Positions 35,918-43,688 of a DNA stretch of 64,000 bases are shown here, one piece after another. A program made the translations under genes and the position numbers. Origin of the DNA: an uncultured Planctomycetota bacterium (lineage in GTDB: Bacteria; Planctomycetota; Phycisphaerae; Tepidisphaerales; Tepidisphaeraceae); NCBI GenBank assembly GCA_963841915.1, contig CAWJEN010000005.1:1152001-1216000 (forward strand), given 5' to 3'. Every line of letters starts with the position of its first letter. Position 1 is the first letter of the stretch. Below the pieces are notes generated by a model. That model was not told the origin of the DNA, searched no databases, and saw only the letters and a list, made by a program, of their open reading frames with translations.

Positions 35918-38590
35918 TTAGATGAAAGACTGCTCCAGTCGTTCGATGACGCGACCGAGCAGTCGCCTGCGGAGCGGGCTCACGCGGGCGTCGCCGAATC
36001 GGATGCGATAGAAGACGTCGGTCAATCCGGTGATGGCGTCAAAGGCCGGCGGTGAGACCCTCGCTGCCAGATCGGCGGCAAACTCTCTTGGCGTCTGTGC
36101 CGGCTGTCGCCGCAACCCCTCCCGCTCCAGCAGCCGAACGAGGTCGTCGTAGAAGCCGAGCTGCTTGGCCAGCCGCCTTTGTTCTTCGGGCGGAAGGTCA
36201 CTGAGGCCAATGCGCCTGGCACGTCTGCGAAGACGTAAGCGTTCGGTGGCAAAGTAGAGGATGGCAATGCCCGCTGCGTTGGTCAGCAGCAACAGCAGGC
36301 CAGCCGCCACTGTTGCTATGAGACCGGCGATGCCACCAACAATGCCGAAACGACTCAAAATGGCTTCAAATCTGCCCAGGAACCAGTTCTTTAACCTCGA
36401 AATGCTGCTCTCGCTCTTGTCGCGATTGCCCATTGTTCTCACCAGCTCGCGGTCGACTCGGGCAAACAGCGAGTCGCGGACCTGCTCCTGATCACCCTGG
36501 TCGTAAGCAACGACGTTCGTCTGCCAGGCATATTGCAGGTATTCGCCAAATTCTTTGAGACCTTTGGCCGCCTCACTGAAGAAACCGACGTCCGCCGACT
36601 CGACATCGCCGCCGGCTGGTGTCGGGTCATACCGACGCCAACCGCTCATCGTCAGCGCCTCGACCCACGCGTGGGCGTGACTCTGGCGGACGGTCCAGCG
36701 ACCGATCCGGTTGTTGTACTCTTCGCTGCGAAAACCAACCACCACGCGAGCGGGAATGCCGATGCTCTGCAACGCCGTCGCCATCGTGCCGGCAAACAGC
36801 TCGCAGTGACCTCGCCGCACATCGGTGACGAACCATCCCAGCGGGTCCACGTCCGTTGGTAGCGCAGCGGCGTCGGCGGTGATATCGAGCGAGTACGAGA
36901 ACTGGCGACGCAGGTGCCGCTCCATGTTCATCGCAATGCGACCGTCCATGGCGGTCGATCCCGCGCTGCGGACACGTATCGCGCTCAGCGACTCGCCGGA
37001 TTCGCCCGTTCCGACAACGTCCGGATCGAGTGCAAAGTCAATAATTGCATCGCTCGCGGGTAACGGCCCGGGCCGCGGCTGCTCGCGTTCGTTGAGGTCG
37101 AGCCGCTGCACATACGCCCCGCTCACTCGTGGATCGACGGAAAAGTTCCGCGAGCCGGCGAGTGTTCGGCCCGGCGGGGTGCCCAGCTGCTTGTCGAGCC
37201 AGATCTGCCGATCCTGTGGCGACATCTGACGCAGCTTCTGGACGGCGTCTCCGCCATTGATCCGGTCGAGCGTCGCCAGGCGAAGGCCCTCGACGGTGTG
37301 GCGAACAAGCGACAGGGAATGGGCCGGATAATCGAACTCGACCGCTTCATTCAGTGGCCCGACGATCTCGCTCGGCGTCGTCAGCGTCGCTCGGACCGGC
37401 TGCCCGTCCAACGGGATGCGGCCGGAACTCAGCACCGTGTAAGTGATCGGCCGGGTCAGACTTGCCCGGCCCAGCGACAGTGTGCCGTCCGGCCCCACCA
37501 CGAGATCAGATCCTCGCGGTGGATCGTCAAAACGGACCACGATCGGCCCGGCCAACGTGAATAGCGCGGGTGACCCGGTCGGGAGAAGTTCGATCTGCTG
37601 TTCGATCAACCGCAGGTTGATCGGTAGGCCACCGCCAAGCGTGATCGGCTGGTTGTTGAGCTGAACCGTCGACGACTCGGCCTCAAGGACGGCAGAACGT
37701 GACCATGACCACCGATCAGGCTGCGTCGGATCGCTCTGATAAAGGTCCAAAGCGTTACCTCGCAGGTAAAGCGAGCCGGTGAAGTCGTCTGATGTGACCA
37801 CGTGGGCCACGACTGATTCGTTCTGCTGGATGCGGGCAATGGTCTGGAAGTCAACGGACCCGCTGAAGCCGGTCACCGACTGCTTTCCCGCTTGAAACGA
37901 AGCTACATCGTGCAAGAAACCCTGCCCGCCGCCACGGGGGAAGCCGAGGAAGACGACGACGGCCATGACAATTCCAGCCGCGGCGACGACGACCGTCAGG
38001 CGACGCAGCGAACTGCCGAGGCGACGTTGATCTTGCCGAAGCCTGCCATTGGCAGCGTCGGCGTCTTCGCTGCCCTTGTTCTGTTTCTGCTGGAACGCGC
38101 CGCGACCCAGATAACGACGGGCGGCATCCGTCTCGACCTTCAGGTGAAACAGCAGGCACGTGTAAAGCGAAAGCAGCACCCAGACCAGGAACATCATGCC
38201 AAAGACAAGCGACGTGCCGCCGGGCAACATGGCCGATGCAATCATCGTCAGCAGCGACAGGACGATGAGCTGGCCGTAGTCGCGATTGCCGCGCTGTTCG
38301 TACAGCTTGACGAGCTGCAGGGCGACAAGGAACAAGCCGATCGGCTCGACCGGCACCTCGCCGTCACTGACGCGGAGCACGGTCCAGCCACCAGCGATGA
38401 TCGTGACGAGGTTGGCCACGATGCGCGGGACCGGCCGAAACCGCCCACGCCGCACGAGTCGAGCGTTGAAGCCGATGAGCAGAAACGCCAGCAGGAACAG
38501 GCCGAATGATCCAGACGCCAGGCAGAACCCGGCCATGCCGAGCGAGAGCAGCGCGTAGAGCGCGGGCTTGAATTGCCGAATATCGTACAC
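35918..38590 (-). CDS. TgpA-type membrane protein: DUF3488 + transglutaminase-like + DUF4129
   Basis: N-terminal TM bundle, FPR..TGFSG, GHCELFA (Cys), HAWVEA (His), YDPT (Asp), QTPREFA..YRIRFG. Confidence 0.88.
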   Translation of the reverse strand: MYDIRQFKPALYALLSLGMAGFCLASGSFGLFLLAFLLIGFNARLVRRGRFRPVPRIVANLVTIIAGGWTVLRVSDGEVPVEPIGLFLVALQLVKLYEQRGNRDYGQLIVLSLLTMIASAMLPGGTSLVFGMMFLVWVLLSLYTCLLFHLKVETDAARRYLGRGAFQQKQNKGSEDADAANGRLRQDQRRLGSSLRRLTVVVAAAGIVMAVVVFLGFPRGGGQGFLHDVASFQAGKQSVTGFSGSVDFQTIARIQQNESVVAHVVTSDDFTGSLYLRGNALDLYQSDPTQPDRWSWSRSAVLEAESSTVQLNNQPITLGGGLPINLRLIEQQIELLPTGSPALFTLAGPIVVRFDDPPRGSDLVVGPDGTLSLGRASLTRPITYTVLSSGRIPLDGQPVRATLTTPSEIVGPLNEAVEFDYPAHSLSLVRHTVEGLRLATLDRINGGDAVQKLRQMSPQDRQIWLDKQLGTPPGRTLAGSRNFSVDPRVSGAYVQRLDLNEREQPRPGPLPASDAIIDFALDPDVVGTGESGESLSAIRVRSAGSTAMDGRIAMNMERHLRRQFSYSLDITADAAALPTDVDPLGWFVTDVRRGHCELFAGTMATALQSIGIPARVVVGFRSEEYNNRIGRWTVRQSHAHAWVEALTMSGWRRYDPTPAGGDVESADVGFFSEAAKGLKEFGEYLQYAWQTNVVAYDQGDQEQVRDSLFARVDRELVRTMGNRDKSESSISRLKNWFLGRFEAILSRFGIVGGIAGLIATVAAGLLLLLTNAAGIAILYFATERLRLRRRARRIGLSDLPPEEQRRLAKQLGFYDDLVRLLEREGLRRQPAQTPREFAADLAARVSPPAFDAITGLTDVFYRIRFGDARVSPLRRRLLGRVIERLEQSFI

Positions 38591-38691
38591 GCCGATCGAT
38601 GATACGCGTCAGCCCGCTTCCTGTTGCAGCGGGCGGACGTTGCTGATGCGATAGGCAGTCGCACGTGGAGCGATTAAATCCGCGGCAGGCG

Positions 38692-38729
38692 TTGACAGCA
38701 CCGCGTCAGTAGGTTATGAAACGTATCAT
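38692..38729 (+). promoter_or_regulatory. Putative sigma70 promoter with overlapping LacI-type operator palindrome
   Basis: TTGACA-N17-TATGAA; ATGAAACGTATCAT (38716-38729) is a near-palindrome with central CG. Confidence 0.5.
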
Positions 38730-39918
38730 GCCGCGGCGAGCTGCCAACGATACGACGAAGCTGCCCGCTCACCGGGCAGCAGATCCGCGCCGGACGCCAG
38801 GTGGTCGCACCGGGCTCAAGCAGATCGCAGACGATCTTCAACTTGGCGTGAGCACGGTCTCACACGCCATCAAGGGCGATGGCACGATTGCCGAGGCGAC
38901 GCGCCGCCGGGTCCGCGAGTATGCCGCCAGCGTCGGCTACACCGCCAATGCGCATGCCAAGAAGATGCGGTCGACCAGTACGCGGGTCATCGGGCTCGTG
39001 ATCCCTGACGTCGTGCTGACCTACAACGAGTTCGTTCAGCACGCTTTTCGAAGAGTGGCCGCAACGGGCCGCGAGCTACAAATTATCCTCAGTGAGTTCG
39101 AGCCGCGCCTTGAGGATCAGGCACTCCGCACTCTGCTCGAGCAGCGGGTCGATGGCATCCTGCTCAAAAGTACCTACCGGCATTGGGATCAGGTCCCGCA
39201 TGATCACGGCCTTCGCACGCTGATCGCCAGCGGCACGCCGACGGTCATTGTCGGTGACGAACTGCGGGCAAGCGGCCTGCCTTGCTGCCGTACCCCGACC
39301 GAGACGTACGGCCGCCTATTGGCCGAGCACGCGATCGACCAGGGTCGCCGACGGATCGACTGGTTGTTGCCGGTCGACCTGAGCAAGACGCCGCTCGAGC
39401 ATTTGCCGCAGCACCGGCGTGCGATTCAGGCGGCCGAGCAGGTCGGTCGCGAGCGGGTCGGTGACAGGTTCCGCGTTCGGTTGCGGACGCTGGACGAGCT
39501 GGCGACGGACGCCGGGCCTGTGTCGAGTTTCGCCGACTACGGCAACTACATCAATGAAGGGCTACCCGAGCGCGGCGTGTGGACGGGTCGCCAAATGGCT
39601 GCCCGCTCCCTGGCCGCCGACGAGCCGGCCGACGCGATGATCTGCAGCAACGACGTTGTGGCCATCGGGGCGATGCGTGAACTCATCGAGCAGGGCCGTC
39701 AGGTTCCGGGCGACGTGCTCATGATGACCTACCACGCGACGACGGCGGCCCACCTGGCGTCGCGGCCGTTGATCGTGGCGGGCCCAGGCCCCGGAGCTTT
39801 CGCCGCCAAGGCGTTGTCGATGCTCGACGCTGCCATGGACGGTCTCGACCCGGGCAACGACGCCGCAGACGCCAAGCTCACCACCGTCGGCGACCTGGGC
39901 CCGGCAGGCCCGACCTGA
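38728..39918 (+). CDS. LacI family transcriptional regulator
   Basis: LKQIADDLQLGVSTVSHAI HTH, GYTANAHAKKM hinge, VDGILL, DAMICSNDVVAIGA, VPGDV; start 38716 or 38728. Confidence 0.92.
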   Translation: MPRRAANDTTKLPAHRAADPRRTPGGRTGLKQIADDLQLGVSTVSHAIKGDGTIAEATRRRVREYAASVGYTANAHAKKMRSTSTRVIGLVIPDVVLTYNEFVQHAFRRVAATGRELQIILSEFEPRLEDQALRTLLEQRVDGILLKSTYRHWDQVPHDHGLRTLIASGTPTVIVGDELRASGLPCCRTPTETYGRLLAEHAIDQGRRRIDWLLPVDLSKTPLEHLPQHRRAIQAAEQVGRERVGDRFRVRLRTLDELATDAGPVSSFADYGNYINEGLPERGVWTGRQMAARSLAADEPADAMICSNDVVAIGAMRELIEQGRQVPGDVLMMTYHATTAAHLASRPLIVAGPGPGAFAAKALSMLDAAMDGLDPGNDAADAKLTTVGDLGPAGPT

Positions 39919-39972
39919 GCTTCATAAGACCCGCCCACCTTCGGCACGACCCAACACTCCTGGAGGATCAGC

Positions 39973-40864
39973 ATGAATCGTTTCGTACATCTAGCAACCG
40001 TCACGTCGTACCGGCTTCACCCTCGTCGAGCTGCTCGTGGTCATCGGCATCATCGCGTTGCTCGTCGGCATCCTGCTGCCGACGCTCAACCGAGCCCGTT
40101 CGTCGGCCAACTCGGTCAAGTGCCAGAGCAATCTGCGCCAGATCGGCGTCGGTATCAACTTCTACGCCAACGACAACAATGGCGCGATCGTGCCGTCGGA
40201 CATCAACTACAGCGACCCGTTCATGCAGCCGAACGACGTTCCAGCCGGTAGTGATCGACCCCACTGGGCGGCCATCCTCGTCTCCGAGCGGGTACTCCCG
40301 GGAGCCCACGAGGGCACCGCACTGTCAGCAGCGAATGTCGTCACGGATGTCGAAAGCGTCTTCCGCTGTCCCGAGGGACTCGAGTTCGACTGGCAGGTAC
40401 TCGGTGGTGCGTTCCCGACGTCTCACGAAGATCAGGTCGGTGCACAGTTCTGGCTCCGCACGTCGACCGAAGGCGAACAAGTGCCGACGTGGTACGGCGT
40501 GAACGGGACGGAAGGGCGACCCGATGTAGACTGGCGTCAGACGTACCCGTTCGGCCGCTTTCCATTCAGGAAACCTGGAGCGACGGCCGCTGAACAGAAG
40601 GTGTTCGAGGTCGTCAAGCTTGCACAGGTCCGTGGACCCACGGAAATGGCCTTTGTCTTCGACGGCATCTTCCGCCACGAATTCCGCGGCTTTGTCGTCA
40701 ACGCTCGTCACGACAAGCAGACCACGACCAACATCCTGCACGGCGACGGCCACGTCGAGAAGTACCAGTCGGATGAACTTCCCGACAACTCGTTCGTGCT
40801 GCAAAGCCCTATCGGCCTGACGACAAACTTCCCGGCCGTGAACTGGAACCTGCGTCAGGACTGA
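39973..40864 (+). CDS. DUF1559-type prepilin N-methylation protein with C-terminal H-x-DG motif; apparent +1 frameshift near codon 7
   Basis: [31 protein letters not shown]....[34 protein letters not shown] plus ATG 39973 lie one base out of frame (extra base near 39993). Confidence 0.88.
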
Positions 40865-40904
40865 TGTCCGTTCGACGCTTCATCACCACCCTTGGAGGAG
40901 AATC

Positions 40905-41921
40905 ATGACCACTAAGATACTTGCAACTGCAACAACTCTGCTTGCATGCAGCAGCTCGTTTGCCGGACTCGTCACGTTTGATCCGGCCGACGGTTACAAT
41001 CTCGGCACGAGCCTCGTGACCGGCCCGGGCTGGGCAGGTAACGGCAACCTTTACACCATTACCAGTCGTGGCGGCGGCAACGGTGCGGCACTCTCGGCCG
41101 CGGTCGATCAACCCGACTTCGCCAACAACCGCTTCACGCCTGACGCAGCATTTCTCGGCACGGCGACGACTGACACAGCGGGCAACCGGTACGGCTTCGG
41201 CTTCGACCTCACCAGCCCGCAGGCGGCCACCGACGACGGCTTCGGACTGGCCCACCGCATTCGCATCGGCGGGACAGACGGCGCGCCCATCGTCGACTTC
41301 CAGATCTTCGATAACGGAAGACTCCAGTACTTCAGCGGACCGGGCACGGGCGTCACGGGCAATGGCTTCAGCAACGTCGTCAACGAGAACGGCTTCAACC
41401 TGCTCCTCGACGACCTCGATGGCCGCTACGTCGACGTCGGTGGCACGATCAACTTCGTCACGAGCATGTACGACCTTGTCGTCGACGGCGTCGTGCAGGG
41501 TTCGTTCCCGCTGCTGAATACGCCAGGTCAGTTCGGCCAAGTGACGTTTCAGTGGGGCACGAGTACGAGCAGCCCCGACTATCGCCAGATCAGTGTCGAC
41601 AACCTCATGATCGAGGCCCTGCTCGATCGTCTGGCCGGTGATGCCAACGGCGACGGCATCGTGTCGATTCTCGACTTCGCCATCCTGCGGGCCAACTTCG
41701 GTGCCAGCATGAACGTTGATTTCTCGACCGGTGACTTCAACGAGGACGGCGTCGTCAGCATTCTCGACTTTGCCATCCTGAGAGCCAACTTCGGCTCGAG
41801 CTTGACGCCGTCGCAGCTGGCGACTGTTGACGCGTGGTACGCCAGCGTGGTTCCGGAGCCGACGACGGCCGCCTTACTCGGTTTGGCCGGCCTGTCGCTA
41901 CTGCGTCGTCGAAAGGCCTGA
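40905..41921 (+). CDS. PEP-CTERM protein: unassigned beta-rich domain + dockerin-like pair + VPEP sorting signal
   Basis: Signal peptide; GDANGDGIVSILDF/GDFNEDGVVSILDF; VPEPTTAALLGLAGLSLLRRRKA. Confidence 0.9.
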   Translation: MTTKILATATTLLACSSSFAGLVTFDPADGYNLGTSLVTGPGWAGNGNLYTITSRGGGNGAALSAAVDQPDFANNRFTPDAAFLGTATTDTAGNRYGFGFDLTSPQAATDDGFGLAHRIRIGGTDGAPIVDFQIFDNGRLQYFSGPGTGVTGNGFSNVVNENGFNLLLDDLDGRYVDVGGTINFVTSMYDLVVDGVVQGSFPLLNTPGQFGQVTFQWGTSTSSPDYRQISVDNLMIEALLDRLAGDANGDGIVSILDFAILRANFGASMNVDFSTGDFNEDGVVSILDFAILRANFGSSLTPSQLATVDAWYASVVPEPTTAALLGLAGLSLLRRRKA

Positions 41922-42019
41922 CTTCGTCTACTTCGACCGCTCGCCGTCTCGACGCGGCGGGTGGGGCTTCCCTCGCTAGCGGCATCTGCGGCCGCCAATG
42001 CACTTCCTCGGAGAAAATT

Positions 42020-42802
42020 ATGAACCGTTTCACTATCGCGACTTCAGCAGCACTTCTTGTCACCGCGACCGCCCAGGCGGACATTGTCACCTTCGACACC
42101 GTCGACGGCTACGACCTTGGCATCAGCCTCGTCGGCCAGCCGGGCGACGGTGGACCCGACTGGGCGGGTAACGGCAGCCTCTACAGCATCGCCAGTCTTG
42201 GGGCCGGTGCTGGTGCGGCCCAATACAACACCGGCGTCACCGGCAGTGCGTTTGCCAACAACCGTTTCGTTCCTGACGCAGCGTTTCTTGGTACTGCCGA
42301 CACAAGTACCGCCGACACGATCTACAGCTTCGGGTTCGACCTTCGCTTTGACTCGATCGGGTCCGTCGACGACTTCCGCCTCGATCACCGCATCAACATC
42401 GGCGGAACGGACGGTGCCCCAATCGTGTCGTTTCAGCTGTTCGGTAACAGCCGACTGCAGTACTTCAGCGGCGCTGGCTACAGCAATGCCGTCAACATCA
42501 ACGGCAATTCGTTGAATCTCGACGACACCGGAGCCCGCTTCGTCTCCATCGACGGAGTCATCGACATCAATGACGGAACTTACGACCTCGTCGTAGACGG
42601 CGTGCCGCAGGCGACCGACATTCCGCTGGCCAACAACCCGGTGCAGTTTGGTCAGGTCACGCTTCAGTTGCGAACAGACGACGCCGGAGCACTCGGGTAC
42701 TCGCTGGACAACTTACAGATCAGCGGCACGCCCGTTCCCGAACCGACGGCCGTGGCCGTCATGGGTCTTCTCGGGCTGACGACCCTGCGGCGCCGTCACT
42801 GA
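42020..42802 (+). CDS. PEP-CTERM protein, paralog of the preceding gene without dockerin
   Basis: GGAG RBS; signal peptide; shares FANNRF.PDAAFLGTA and IGGTDGAPIV; VPEPTAVAVMGLLGLTTLRRRH. Confidence 0.9.
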   Translation: MNRFTIATSAALLVTATAQADIVTFDTVDGYDLGISLVGQPGDGGPDWAGNGSLYSIASLGAGAGAAQYNTGVTGSAFANNRFVPDAAFLGTADTSTADTIYSFGFDLRFDSIGSVDDFRLDHRINIGGTDGAPIVSFQLFGNSRLQYFSGAGYSNAVNINGNSLNLDDTGARFVSIDGVIDINDGTYDLVVDGVPQATDIPLANNPVQFGQVTLQLRTDDAGALGYSLDNLQISGTPVPEPTAVAVMGLLGLTTLRRRH

Positions 42803-42904
42803 CTTGCCCCCGCGATCGGTCGTGGCGGAAACGCCGCGGCCGGTCATCACGAAGAGCAGCACGCGCTGCTCGTGACCGCTTTACCAATCTTGATGGAGGA
42901 AGAA

Positions 42905-43615
42905 ATGACTTTGAATCAAACAGCACTTGCCCTAGCCGTGACGACGCTTGTCGCTTCGACAGCTTCGGCTGCCGTCTTAACCGCCGTTAGAGACACTTAC
43001 GTCGACTCGGACAACGGCACGACCAACTTCGGCTCGGACGCAACGCTTGTCGTCGAGACGGGCAACAACGCAGCAGATCGATCTCGCATCACCTTCGTCA
43101 GTTTTGACATCTCGTCGGTCACGCTCCCTGTGACGTCGGCCACGCTGGACGTCTTAAAATTGTCTGGCCGCGGAGACCGAGCGACGGGCTACTTCGGCAT
43201 CACGGACGAGAGCTTCGACGGGTTCGATGAGATGAGCCTTACGTACGACAGCAACCCGCTCCTGCCGCCTGGAGCAGGTGGTGACGGACGGTCGCTGATC
43301 GGCGAAACGGACCTCGGCCTTCTGCAATCGTCCACCGCAGATCGCCGGGACGGCATCGACCTCTACACGAGTTTCGATGACACAGCCGATGGCGTCGACG
43401 AACTCGTTGACTTCATCAACAGCGACACCAACGGCATCGTCACCTTCGCGATCCACTCTGAGCAGGAGAATGGCAATGTCTTCACGTTCTTCAGCCGAGA
43501 ATCGACCGATGCCGCGGCCGTGGCACCGACGTTGACGCTGACCGTAGTTCCCGAGCCGGCTTCCGCCGCAGCGATCGGACTGCTCGGCCTCGTCGGCCTG
43601 CGTCGCCGCCGATAG
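42905..43615 (+). CDS. PEP-CTERM protein with DNRLRE/CBM96-like domain
   Basis: DTYVDS....TNFGS, FVSFDIS, VTSATL, FFSRES....PTLTL; VPEPASAAAIGLLGLVGLRRRR. Confidence 0.85.
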   Translation: MTLNQTALALAVTTLVASTASAAVLTAVRDTYVDSDNGTTNFGSDATLVVETGNNAADRSRITFVSFDISSVTLPVTSATLDVLKLSGRGDRATGYFGITDESFDGFDEMSLTYDSNPLLPPGAGGDGRSLIGETDLGLLQSSTADRRDGIDLYTSFDDTADGVDELVDFINSDTNGIVTFAIHSEQENGNVFTFFSRESTDAAAVAPTLTLTVVPEPASAAAIGLLGLVGLRRRR

Positions 43616-43688
43616 AGCCTCGACTTTCTCCTCGGGCGGCGTGGGTGCCAACGCGCTTACGTCGCTTTCGCTCTACCTCCACACCGTT

